Shown one piece after another: positions 1-9,867 of a stretch of 64,000 nucleotides of DNA. The stretch covers positions 1,984,001 to 2,048,000 of the forward strand of contig OY729428.2 in the NCBI GenBank assembly GCA_963422375.2. The letters run 5' to 3'. The notes under the pieces were generated by a model. That model saw only the letters and a program-made list of their open reading frames with translations. It was not told the origin of the DNA and did not search any database. The position numbers were made by a program, and so were the translations under genes. Every line of letters starts with the position of its first letter. Within the stretch, counting starts at the first letter, position 1. Origin of the DNA: Bryobacterales bacterium (lineage in GTDB: Bacteria; Acidobacteriota; Terriglobia; Bryobacterales; UBA6623).

Positions 1-384
1 ACCGGGATCGTCGAGGAATTCGACCTCAGCGAGTCCCGGGACAAGCTCGAGAACGCCCTGATGATCGGCTTCGGAACGTCGGGCAGCTACCTGGGCAAGC
101 ACTACGAGATCGCCTTGGGTGGCGAGGAAGACGTGGCCGGGGAGAAGGCGTTCAAGCTGGACCTGAACCCGCGGAATCCCGGGGGGGACCTCAACAACCA
201 GCGCCTCTGGATGTGGGTGTCACCGGAGCACTGGCAGCCCGTCCAAGTCCAGATCTTCGACCGGCACTCCAAGGACTACAGGCTGTACTCGTACACGCGA
301 ATCGAGATCAACCCGTCGTTCAAGTCGGACGAGTTCAGGCTGCGGCTCGCCCGGGGCACGCGCAGGGTCTATCCGCAGCGCTAG
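1..384 (+). CDS. LolA-like outer-membrane lipoprotein carrier protein, C-terminal part (5'-truncated by window)
   Basis: Frame open from base 1 (TGIVEEFDLSESRDKLENALMIGFGTSG...). The tail KLDLNP...WMWVSPEHWQPVQVQI...YTRIEINPSFKSDEFRL resembles the LolA fold. Confidence 0.6.
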   Translation, partial: TGIVEEFDLSESRDKLENALMIGFGTSGSYLGKHYEIALGGEEDVAGEKAFKLDLNPRNPGGDLNNQRLWMWVSPEHWQPVQVQIFDRHSKDYRLYSYTRIEINPSFKSDEFRLRLARGTRRVYPQR

Positions 385-2756
385 GGCCGGACCGTGACAC
401 CGGCTTGGACCGGATCGACGTCGTACCGGGTGGTGCCCTCGTCCGAGAGCAGCGACCGCGCCCGGATTTCGGCTTGGTATCCGCCTGCCTTCGCGTCCGG
501 CTCGGCTGTGCAACCTAGCTCGTAGGCTGTCTCGGCGCCGTCCAGCTCCGCTGCGTCGCAGCGAATCCCCGGGGGCAGGTCAACAGCGCTGACCGTGACG
601 GCCCGCCGGAACTCGGGGTCGCGCCAGATCGATCCGGCCCAAACGCCTTCCCCGCCCGCCGCGACCACGAGCGGGCCGCCGGGCTCCTCGAGCCCGTATC
701 CGTCGACGACCTCGATTTCGAGCGGCTGGGACAGGATTGCCTGTTCGCGCCCGTCCGCCGACACAGTTGCGCTGAGGTTGAAGTTCACCATGCCGAGCGA
801 GGTCCTCTCGTGCGTGAACATCCGGAACTCGCCCGACTCCGGCGCGTCGTCGCCGACCCGTCGCAGGCGCAGGCTGCCGGTGTTGCGTGGGATCTCGACC
901 TTTTTCTTGACCTGCACCCCGGGGCGGCGCACATGGTAGGCCCACCTGGCGACAAGGCCGCTGCCGCCCCGGACCAGCCGCTGTCGTCGCGGCGTGAGGA
1001 ACTCAAGGTACGCGGGCTGCTCGGGATTGACGCGGGCGGGCAGATCGTAGCCGAGCCATTCGGCCGTCACCGCGGCCTGACTAACGCCCTTGACAGCCGC
1101 TCGCAGGCCGGGGCCGGTCGCGCGCCTGTCGAGGCCTTCGTGCCCCTCGCCGGCGGCCCGGCCTCTGACGACTAGGTCGATTCGCCGCAACTCGGCCCCC
1201 GCCTTCGCGCTGAGCGTCAGCCTTCCCGACTCGAACCGGGGCAGGGTATTCCCCAGCGTCGACCGGGGCGCGATGTGCCCGCCGGAAACCTCGATGTCGT
1301 CGGGAGTACTCTCGAGGTAGAGCTCAATCGGACCCTCGTATCCCCGGCGCTCGGCCGTCACTGTGACAACGGCGGATCCCCCGCGCGGGATATTGACGAA
1401 CGGTTCGTTCAGGGAGAGCAGGAAATCCGGATTCATCTTCCGTGCCGCGAGCCGGTAGGCGAAGGCGCGGCCGCCTCGCCCGAGCAGGTCCTCGACCGCC
1501 ACCGTTATCTCGTTCACGTCCGGGGGCACGGTCAGGTTCACGAAGGGATAGGTGGCGGTCTCGCCGGTGGAAGTGATCACGTACGGGTTCGGGTCGCCGG
1601 CGTGCTCGCCCGCTATGGCGAGCGTCTGCTCCTCGCTCGAAATCGTCATGACGCCGTACAGGGCGGAACTAGGCAGTTCTCCGGATCTGAGCTCGAAGGC
1701 CCACCGCTCGCCGCTTGCGACGGCGATCCTGTAGCGGTCAGACTCGCCGGGGGCCGCTATGCGCCCGTTCATGACGACTCCCTCGCGCAGTACCCCGGCA
1801 CTGTCCGCTTCGAGAGCCTCCTCGCCGTCTCCGAGAAGGAATGGCACGGTTGACGGCGTCCCCGGTACCGGGACCCAGGTCATGCCCCCATGCCCGGACA
1901 GCTGCCCGAGGTCGACCTCGCCGCTCAGGCTGCCGCTCAGGCTGCCGCCGGAAAACTCCACCAAGACTTTCGCGCCGCGTGTCCAGCCGAGGGGAAACAC
2001 GTTCTCGGCGAAACCGTACTCGCCGATCGTCAGCCGGTAGAAGTCGTGGTCTTGGGTGCTGAAGCGCTCGTCGCGCACCGCGATGAAGTACTCGCTGTCG
2101 TCGGGCACCTTGAACGCCAGCCGCGAGTCTAGCCCCAAGCCGGGCGCGTCGCCGCTGCGGGCCACGACGAGTCCCGATGCGTCGAGCAGCTCGAGGTTCG
2201 GGTCGATGGCCGACCCGGCCCGGCGCGCTGCCACTTCCACGGTAAGGCGCTGGCCCTCCCGCGCCTCGATCCGAAACATGTCCCGCTCGGGACCTTGGAG
2301 CCGCCCCTCGACCGTGACGGGCACGTCAACAGGCTGGGCGGTCTCGGGGAGGTCGTTTGCCGCAGCGTCACTCTCGGATTCCGGGTCCGACTCGAGTTCC
2401 GTGACCTGCGGGAACTCGTGGACCGTGAAGAGCAGCGCGTTCGAAATCCCTTCGGAAGTCTCGACCCGCACGGGGTAGGCCCCGGGACGGGCGCCCCTCC
2501 GGACCTCCAGCAAGTACGTGAGCTTTCTGGGCGGCATCTGCCCGGCAGCCGAGGGTCCGCTCAGGGGCGTCGCGACGACGGGTGCTTGGCTGAGGAGACG
2601 GGGATCCGGGCCCAGGCGCTTGCCGCTCAACACGATCCTGACCGCGGTGCCCGTGCGGCCTCCGCGAGGATGCAGCTGCTCAAGTACGGGCTGGGCGAGG
2701 AGGGGCGTGCAGACGCAGAACGCAACGATCCAGCGTAGCGGGTGAATGAGATTCAT
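381..2756 (-). CDS. Secreted PPC (pre-peptidase C-terminal) domain protein of the Planctomycetes/Acidobacteria type
   Basis: Signal peptide MNLIHPLRWIVAFCVCTPLLA, LHPRGGRTGT start, repeated PPC motifs (VEGRLQGPERDMFRIEA...IDPNLELLDASG; MNGRIAAPGESDRYRI). ATG 2756 preferred over track start 2780. Confidence 0.75.
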   Translation of the reverse strand: MNLIHPLRWIVAFCVCTPLLAQPVLEQLHPRGGRTGTAVRIVLSGKRLGPDPRLLSQAPVVATPLSGPSAAGQMPPRKLTYLLEVRRGARPGAYPVRVETSEGISNALLFTVHEFPQVTELESDPESESDAAANDLPETAQPVDVPVTVEGRLQGPERDMFRIEAREGQRLTVEVAARRAGSAIDPNLELLDASGLVVARSGDAPGLGLDSRLAFKVPDDSEYFIAVRDERFSTQDHDFYRLTIGEYGFAENVFPLGWTRGAKVLVEFSGGSLSGSLSGEVDLGQLSGHGGMTWVPVPGTPSTVPFLLGDGEEALEADSAGVLREGVVMNGRIAAPGESDRYRIAVASGERWAFELRSGELPSSALYGVMTISSEEQTLAIAGEHAGDPNPYVITSTGETATYPFVNLTVPPDVNEITVAVEDLLGRGGRAFAYRLAARKMNPDFLLSLNEPFVNIPRGGSAVVTVTAERRGYEGPIELYLESTPDDIEVSGGHIAPRSTLGNTLPRFESGRLTLSAKAGAELRRIDLVVRGRAAGEGHEGLDRRATGPGLRAAVKGVSQAAVTAEWLGYDLPARVNPEQPAYLEFLTPRRQRLVRGGSGLVARWAYHVRRPGVQVKKKVEIPRNTGSLRLRRVGDDAPESGEFRMFTHERTSLGMVNFNLSATVSADGREQAILSQPLEIEVVDGYGLEEPGGPLVVAAGGEGVWAGSIWRDPEFRRAVTVSAVDLPPGIRCDAAELDGAETAYELGCTAEPDAKAGGYQAEIRARSLLSDEGTTRYDVDPVQAGVTVRP

Positions 2757-2876
2757 GGAGGCCTCTGACGGCGGCCCCAATGGCGCGCCTTCAACGGGCC
2801 GCCCACGAAGGATAGCACCTCGCGCCCGTCGCCGGGCCGGTCAGCCAGGCAGGCCTGCGCCTGTATGCTGGTTCGC

Positions 2877-4265
2877 ATGAGGACTGGAATCTGCATCGGA
2901 TGCTTCGTCGCGACCGCGCTTGCCGCCGCGGAGCCGGACTGGCCCCGGGCCAAGCGGGAGGCACTGGAGACGCTCGTCGAACTAGTGCGGCTCGAGACGG
3001 CCCAGCCGGCTGGCAACGAGATCCTCGCCGCCCGCTACCTGAAGGGCCTGCTCGACCGGGAGGGCATCCCGTCCCGGATCTACGAGGCCCAGGCCGGGCG
3101 CGCGAGCGTCGTCGCCCGGGTCGAGGGGAACGGAAGCAAGGAGCCGCTGCTGTTGCTGGGCCACTTGGACGTCGTTGCCGTCGAGCGAGACGAATGGTCG
3201 TTCGACCCCTTTGGCGGGGAGATCAAAGACGGCATCCTGTTCGCGCGCGGGGCCTCCGACGACAAGGGCGTCGTGGCAGGCTCGCTGCAGGTCCTGCTGG
3301 AGCTGCAGCGGCAGCGCCCCGCCCTGGATCGGGACGTGATCTTTCTGGGAGTCGCGGATGAAGAGGCCGGCGGGAAGCTCGGAATCGATTTCATGCTGGG
3401 CGAGCACAGGGACAGCATCGACGCGGAGTTCGCGATCAACGAGGCGGGGAAGGGCGTGTTCGACCGCAGTCTCCGGTACATCCGGTTCGAGGTGCAGACG
3501 GCGGAGAAGACCCCCACCCGGGTCGACCTGAGAGCCGTCGGCACGTCGGGGCACGGCTCGATTCCCCTTAGGGACAACCCCGTGGGCGCCTTGGCCCGGG
3601 CGGTCGCGAGACTGTTCGACCACCAGATGCCGCCCCGGCTGAACGAGACGACCCGCGAGTACTTCCGGCGCTTGGCCGAGATATCCGAGCCCGGGAAGGC
3701 GGAGGTCTTCCGGGCCGTGCTTGGCGACAACCCGGCCCCCGAGGCATTCGAGCGCCTGTTCGAACTGTCCCCGGTCTATAACTCGATGGTGCGCACGTCG
3801 ATCGTGCCGACCATCATCCAAGGGGGCTATCTCAAGAACGTCATCCCCTCGGAGGCCAGGGCTACCGTGGACATCAGGGCCCTTCCAGGCGTCGATCCGG
3901 AGAAGCTCTACACCCTCCTGAAGCGGGTGATGGCGGAACCCGCGGTCGATCTCGTGCCTCACGGCGTGACGCGGACCCCGCACGCGCCTTCCCCGCTGTC
4001 CAGCGCGGCCTTCGCGGCGTTCGAGGCCGCCTTGGAGCGGCTCTATCCGGGAGTGCCGGTCCTTCCGACCATGTCGACCGGCGCGACGGACTCGGCCCAG
4101 CTGCGCGCGGCAGGCATCGAGGCTTACGGCTTCGGCCCAGCCCGGCCCGAGTGGGACCTAGCGAGCGGCATCCACGGCAAGGACGAGTATCTCTACGTTA
4201 AGCCGTTCCAAGACTATGTCGAGATTCTGTGGAATGTGGTGCTCGGGATCGCGGGTGCCGAATAG
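2877..4265 (+). CDS. M20/M25/M40 family metallo-hydrolase, secreted
   Basis: LLLGHLDVV, RGASDDKG, ADEEAGG, GATDS and IHGKDE motifs, with an N-terminal signal peptide. Confidence 0.9.
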   Translation: MRTGICIGCFVATALAAAEPDWPRAKREALETLVELVRLETAQPAGNEILAARYLKGLLDREGIPSRIYEAQAGRASVVARVEGNGSKEPLLLLGHLDVVAVERDEWSFDPFGGEIKDGILFARGASDDKGVVAGSLQVLLELQRQRPALDRDVIFLGVADEEAGGKLGIDFMLGEHRDSIDAEFAINEAGKGVFDRSLRYIRFEVQTAEKTPTRVDLRAVGTSGHGSIPLRDNPVGALARAVARLFDHQMPPRLNETTREYFRRLAEISEPGKAEVFRAVLGDNPAPEAFERLFELSPVYNSMVRTSIVPTIIQGGYLKNVIPSEARATVDIRALPGVDPEKLYTLLKRVMAEPAVDLVPHGVTRTPHAPSPLSSAAFAAFEAALERLYPGVPVLPTMSTGATDSAQLRAAGIEAYGFGPARPEWDLASGIHGKDEYLYVKPFQDYVEILWNVVLGIAGAE

Positions 4266-4268
4266 CCC

Positions 4269-5273
4269 CTACTGATGGGAACCCTCCGGACCGCGCACGC
4301 GGGCCAGCACCTCTTGCGCGAGGGCCCGGATGAACAGCGGGCTCTCGTTGATAGCGCGCATGGTCTCGAATTGCCGGATGCCGCAGGCGCTCGCGATTTC
4401 ACGTGCCTCGATATCGATCTCGATCAACGTCTCAAAGTGGTCCGAGACGTATGAGATCGGCACGACAAGGACTGATTCGACGCTCGCGCGCGCCAGGGCC
4501 CGGATGGTCTCCTGCAGGCTCGGGCGAAGACACCTCTGCGGGCCGACTCCGTTCTGGTAGCACAGCGTATGCCCTTGGTTCGAGGGCAGTCTTTGGCTCA
4601 CCAGGCGCACGGTCTCCTCGATCTCCGTCCGATAGGGGTCGCCCTCGAACACGAGCTTTCTTGGCAGTCCGTGAGCGCTAAAGACGATGTGGGGAAAGTC
4701 GCGGCTCGGGAACCGTCGCAACGACTCGCCGATGCGGGCGGCCACGGCGTCGATGTACGCCGGAGACGAGTAGTACGACTCGATCCGATCAGTCGGCAGG
4801 GCGACGCCCCTCGCGCTACAGCGCAAGGTCCATTCCCTGAGGGAGCTGCCGGTTGTTGCGAGCGAGAACTGGGGATAGAGCGGGAGCAGGAGAACCCGCC
4901 CGCAACGCGCCGATTCAACCGCCTCGATCGCGTCCTCGGTCGAGGGCGATCCGTGGCGCGTCGCCACTACCACCCGGCAGGGGAGGATGGTGCAGAGTTG
5001 CGCTTCGAGCAGCTTCGCTTGGAGTAGGGGGATCTCCCGTACGGGCGACTGCCCCCCGATCGTTTCGTACTGCGTGCGGATTGATCGCGCCCGCCACGCC
5101 GAGAAATTTCGGGCCAGCCAATTCCGCATCGGCTCGGGGACGGAGAGGCTGAAGATGGTCGGGTCCAGGAGTCTCCTCTCAAGGAACGGCTGGATGTCTT
5201 CGGCCGACCGCGGACCGCCGAATTCCAGCAGCACGACACCCAGCGGGTGCCTGCTGTCGGAGACTTCCGCCAC
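4269..5273 (-). CDS. hemH: Ferrochelatase
   Basis: GVVLLxxGGP, YETIGGQSP, LPLYPQFS, FSAHGLP, GDPY and SDHFETLIEID motifs. Start uncertain (GTG 5273 chosen; ORF open to 5441). Confidence 0.85.
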   Translation of the reverse strand: MAEVSDSRHPLGVVLLEFGGPRSAEDIQPFLERRLLDPTIFSLSVPEPMRNWLARNFSAWRARSIRTQYETIGGQSPVREIPLLQAKLLEAQLCTILPCRVVVATRHGSPSTEDAIEAVESARCGRVLLLPLYPQFSLATTGSSLREWTLRCSARGVALPTDRIESYYSSPAYIDAVAARIGESLRRFPSRDFPHIVFSAHGLPRKLVFEGDPYRTEIEETVRLVSQRLPSNQGHTLCYQNGVGPQRCLRPSLQETIRALARASVESVLVVPISYVSDHFETLIEIDIEAREIASACGIRQFETMRAINESPLFIRALAQEVLARVRGPEGSHQ

Positions 5274-5400
5274 CTGCCGGGGCGGAGGCCTTCGCTCCAC
5301 TTCGGTTGCCTGTCGCAACGCGGGATAGCGAGGAGCGATCTCGCTCCATGCCGACCTTCGCGCCCGCCCGGGCGACGTTTCAAATCCGCGGTTGGTCACA

Positions 5401-6753
5401 TCAGATCTCGCCCAGGTGGTCCAGGGTGCCAGTCCCGTCACCGAGGGAATCAGTTCGCACGCCGAGCCGGTCGAGGAGCGACAGGTACAGGTTGTTCATG
5501 GGCGTCTCGGCCGCGTATCGGACGTGCCGGCCCGGATGAAGCGTACCTCTCCCGCTCCCCGCCAGCAGCACCGGGAGGTCGTGGTGCGTGTGGCGGTTGC
5601 CATCACCAATCCCGGAGCCGTAGACGACCATGACGTTGTCGAGGAGGCGGGCGTCGCCGTCTTCGACGGCATCGAGCTTGTCGAGGAAGTAGGCGAACTG
5701 CTCGACATGGTGAGTGTTCACCTTCGCGATGTCCTCGATCTTCGATGGATCGCCCCGATGGTGCGTCATGCCGTGGTGGGCCCGGCTGACGTCGATGGCG
5801 GGGTAGGTCAGGTTGCTGCCCTCCCGTCCCATCATGAACGTCGCGACTCGCGTCGTGTTGGATCGGAATGCCAGCGCCATCAGGTCGAACATCAGGCGGG
5901 CATGAGCCGAGTAGCCCGCCGGGATGCCTTGTGGGCGTGCCATCGAGGGCCTCGGCGCGTCTCCGTTCGAGGCGCCTGCTGCGATGCGACGTTCCACGTC
6001 GCGGACGCTCGTGAAGTACTCGTCCAGCTTCTGACGGTCGGTCGGCCCGACGGAGTGCAGAAGGCGGGAAGCATCCCCTAGCACGTAGTCCAGAACGCTG
6101 CGCCGACGCAGCTGGCTCCGCTCCCGCGTCGCCGGGTCGAGGGGAGCCTCGACGTCCCCGAACATCCGGTCGAACACTAGGCTGGGATCGATCTCCGGCG
6201 GATTCGGGGCCTTTTCACCTCGCCACGAGATGCTGTTGGAGTAAGCGCAGCTGTAGCCCGAGTCACAGTTGCCGGCCAAGCGACCCGGCTCGATGCCCAG
6301 TTCCATCGAGGCGTACCGCGTCTCGGACCCGATCGCGTTGGCCGCTACCTGGTCAACCGAGATGCCGAGCTTGATGTCCGCCCCGGCGGTCTTCTTCGGA
6401 TGGATGCCCGTAAGGAAGCTCGAGGCCGCCCGGGCGTGGTCGCCGGCACCGTCTCCCAAGGCCCGGCCGGTGTTGTGCGTCAGGCCGGTGAGGACGAGCA
6501 GGTCCTGGCGGCGCGCTTCCAACGGTTTCAGGATGCGCGGGAGCCCGAAGGCGTTTCCCTCGGCGTCGGGCGTCCAATGCTCCTGGATCACGCCGTTCGG
6601 TACGTAGACGAACGCCAAGCGCGTCGGCGAATCCGCTGCCAGCTTCCGCGACGCACCGAAGGCCGGCCTCATCGCGTCCAAGTAGGGCAGGGAAACCGCC
6701 GCACCCGCCCCTCGTAGTACGGTGCGTCGATTCAGGCACTTCCTCCAAGCCAT
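5401..6753 (-). CDS. DUF1552 domain protein (Tat-like RRTVLRG leader)
   Basis: RRTVLRGAGAAVSLPYLDAM, RLAFVYVPNG, CDSGYSCAYSNSISW and HTHHDLPVLLAG are typical of DUF1552. Confidence 0.9.
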   Translation of the reverse strand: MAWRKCLNRRTVLRGAGAAVSLPYLDAMRPAFGASRKLAADSPTRLAFVYVPNGVIQEHWTPDAEGNAFGLPRILKPLEARRQDLLVLTGLTHNTGRALGDGAGDHARAASSFLTGIHPKKTAGADIKLGISVDQVAANAIGSETRYASMELGIEPGRLAGNCDSGYSCAYSNSISWRGEKAPNPPEIDPSLVFDRMFGDVEAPLDPATRERSQLRRRSVLDYVLGDASRLLHSVGPTDRQKLDEYFTSVRDVERRIAAGASNGDAPRPSMARPQGIPAGYSAHARLMFDLMALAFRSNTTRVATFMMGREGSNLTYPAIDVSRAHHGMTHHRGDPSKIEDIAKVNTHHVEQFAYFLDKLDAVEDGDARLLDNVMVVYGSGIGDGNRHTHHDLPVLLAGSGRGTLHPGRHVRYAAETPMNNLYLSLLDRLGVRTDSLGDGTGTLDHLGEI

Positions 6754-8304
6754 GATTTTTCCAACGCCCAACGCAGAGTGTAGCATATAAGCGCAAGGCC
6801 GGCTGCCGGGATTTCTCGGGAGGATTCCTTCGGCCCGCCGCCGTTCCGGTTGCTACCAATGACCGGCTCGGCTGCCGTGCATCCGAGCAATAAGTCCTTT
6901 ATTTCCCACTATTTGTATCACTTGATCGCGATCAAGGCATCACTGCCGCTCCAAGGCTTGCGACTCGATTCGGCGCGCATGGCGACCAGATCTCCGTTCC
7001 AGCGGCTCGCGGCCTTTCCGCAAGGACGCCGGCGGGCATCGCAAGCCTCCTTGTGCGGGCTCGCGGGTAGATGAGCCCGTTCTCCAACCATTGGACAGGC
7101 AGGATGTTTTCGAGGCATGTTCGTCCTCCCGACTGACGCGCTCGATGAACGAGCGAGAACCGTCGGAGCAAGTGGCTGGCGCGCGGGTCTTGTTCTTTCG
7201 TGCTCGGGAGGAGGGCGGTCGCCTGCGCGTCAGCCCGGTCATTGCAGTGGCCTGCGGTGCATCGGCCCGTATAAGCCGTGGATAAGGAACCGGCAGTCTC
7301 GGGCAGGTCACCAGGACAGACGAAGGAACGGCAGGCGTCACTTTTCCGGACGGCTTGGCTGGGCGCGCCCACGGTGGCCTTCGCGACGGATTCCGCAGGC
7401 GACAGCAGAACGCAGCCCGCTTGAAACCGCTGGATTCCTCGCCCGCCTCGCCCGCGAGCCGGTCGAGGATGTCCCGCAACGAGGACACGCTCTGCCACGG
7501 CTTCACGCGCCCTAGCATTGGCTGGTGCCTCGACGGAATGGTACCGGCTCGCCGCGCCACCGGCACGGTGGCCTGGCGGGTGTCGACCCGCGCATCCGGC
7601 CGCGCTCCGCGCGCGGGCGGATGCGCTCGCAGTGCAGGATCGCCTGCACGCAGTCCAGGCAGTCCAGCTCGTGTGCCCCAGCGGAGTCGGCTCCGCCAAC
7701 GCCGCGTTGCGAAGCTCGAGCACTTCGGATCAGCCGGGGCCCAGCTGTTGCTCGACGAGTTGCCGCGCGATGACAAGGGACGCGGAGGGGATCGCGGGAA
7801 GGTCGCGGACCCGGTCGGAGGACCTTCCCCGTAGCGACGACTACTCAGGCCCGAACCAGCGAATCCAATCTCAAGCCAAGACGCGTAGCGCGGAGGCCGT
7901 CTAAGGCACTGCGCCCCGTTGACTACCAAATGGAGGTCAGTCGCCTGACGGCTGGTTGAGATCCCGTGGGCGGTTCACCCTCACCTCGAAAATCGTTCAG
8001 TGAGACAGGGCCTGATTCGATATTAGACATACAGGTTCAACAAATATTTCCAAGCTTCTAAGTGTAGATCAAGAATGGATTATCGGTGCTGTATCCCCAC
8101 CAATTTGTGCAGATATTATCCAATAAATGATAAAAAATCATGCCATATCTAGTGCCAGTTACAAAAGGGAATTATATATCTGAGTGCCGAGGGAATCAAG
8201 TCGGAAAATTATCAAGCCATAATAAGATTTCATGTTTCTTCCGAATTTCCGTTGATATTCTGTGGTATTTCTTGGTAGAATAGTTCCAGTATGGGATACC
8301 GTAA

Positions 8305-9279
8305 ATGAAGAAACAAGGTCCCGGGAAGTGGTTCCGTAAAGGCATCACATTGATCGAAGTGATCGCCATGTTCCGCGATGACGAATCCGCGGAAAAGTGG
8401 TTCGCCTCCATGCGCTGGCCGGACGGTCCCGCGTGCCCCCGCTGCCGCGGCTCCAGCGTGCAGTCCGGCGCGGCCCACCCTTCGATGCCGTACCGTTGCC
8501 GCGGCTGCGGCAAGCGCTTTTCCGTGCGCACCGGCAGCGTGACGGCCGACACCAAGCTCGGCTACCGCACCCGGGCCGTCGCCCTGTTCCTGCTGGCCAC
8601 CGGCATCAAGGGCGTCTCGAGCATGAAGCTGCACCGCGACCCGGGCATCAGCCGGAAGTCGGCCCGGCACCTGGCGCACCGCATCCGCGCGTGCCGGGAG
8701 CGGGATCGGGGCCTGTTCGCCGGCCCGGTGGAGGTGGACGAGACCTGCGTCGGCGGCAAGGAGCGCAACAAGCACGAGAGGAAGAAGGCCCGTGCCGGCG
8801 CGGGCCCGTCGGCAAGACCCCGGTGGCGGGGGCGCGGGACCGCGCCACGAACGCAGCGGCCGCGCGGCCGCTGCCGGACACCGCCGAGGGCGACCTGCAG
8901 GGCTTCGTGCGCGCCCGCGTCGCGCCGGGGGTGCAGGTCCGCTCCGACGAGGCGGCGGCCTACGCCGGCATGGCGGAGTTCCCGCACGAAGCCGTCAGGC
9001 ACTCCGGTGCTCCGGCAGCGAGTACGTGCGCGGGGCAGCGCATACGAACGGCATCGAATCGTTTGGGTCCCTGTTCAAGCGCGGCCTGTACGGAACCTAT
9101 CACCGGATGAGCGTCCGTCATCTCGGCCGCTACCTGACGGAGTTCGCGGGACGGCGCAACGACCGCGACTGCGACACGGCGGAACAACGGCGGAACAGAT
9201 GCGGCGCATGGCGCGGGGCTTGGTCGGCCGGACGCTGACCTACCGGCAGCTGACCGGCAAGGCCGCGGTCGCGGCCCGA
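8305..9279 (+). pseudogene. IS1595 (ISXO2-like DDE) transposase, frameshifted
   Basis: Zn ribbon CPRC...CRGC, VEVDET, VRSDE, HTNGIES. Frameshifts near 8797, 9008 and 9187; the stop TGA of copy 2 is CGA here (9277-9279). Confidence 0.9.
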
Positions 9280-9324
9280 GCGGCGCCCGCCGCGCCGAGC
9301 GCGGCAGCCCGCTGCAGGCGCGCG

Positions 9325-9420
9325 CTTCACGCTCGGTGCGCTTCACGCTCGGTGCGCTTCACGCTCGGTGCGCTGCACGCTCGGTGCGCTTCACGCTCGG
9401 TGCGCTGCACGCTCGGTGCG
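9325..9420. repeat. 16-bp tandem repeat ct(t/g)cacgctcggtgcg x6
   Basis: Six contiguous units with no spacers; only two units at 48738-48769 in the sister IS copy. Confidence 0.95.
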
Positions 9421-9867
9421 AGGGGCGCACCGGATGCGGAATGCCCCGGCGCGACCCCGGTCCGGCCCGGACCGTCCATGCAGGCCGTCGAGCGCCGGGG
9501 ATCCGCTGTCTTCGGCCCTCGCAGGGCCTGCAAGCGGCTTGCAAGGGGTGCCCTGCCACCGCCAACCGGGTTCCACCGGGGCAACCGGGGCAGGCGAGGC
9601 GGCCTCTCTAGTCCCTTCCTCGTCCAATCCGCTGGCAGGCTCGATTCAGATACGATCCCACACCCCACCCCTCTGTGCCTGCCGCGGCCGCACTCGAATG
9701 ACCCGAGCTCGACACCGACCTCCCTGCTCACAGCAGTTCTCGTCGGACATGGCGTTGTCGGCACTCAGATATATAATTTCCTTACAAAACTAGTATCCCC
9801 TTGGTAAAAAAGATATTAAGTCCAATCTATCAAGGCAAAGATTTCGCTGAAATGCTACGAATAGTCC

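Larger units (their letters stand above)
8167..9781 (+). mobile_element. IS1595-family element A, copy 1 (degenerate)
   Basis: 24-bp terminal IR gggaattatatatctgagtgccga (1 mismatch) and 8-bp target duplication ttacaaaa at 8159-8166 and 9782-9789. Near-identical to 47598-49123. Confidence 0.95.

Noticed and set aside
6800..8015. Long overlapping ORFs (6932-7723, 6940-7929) and a possible IS-like end gagacagggcc near 8003
   Set aside because: Translations are Arg/Pro/Ala-rich with no motif. Some - strand fragments look like a decayed gene but cannot be assigned, and no partner IR was found.
9325..9420. Repeat array as possible CRISPR
   Set aside because: Units are contiguous 16-mers without spacers, lie inside an IS, and no cas genes are present.
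8305..9807. 500-aa ORF as a long transposase fusion
   Set aside because: Artefact of frameshifts plus a TGA->CGA stop loss; the sister copy shows the true 318-aa protein.
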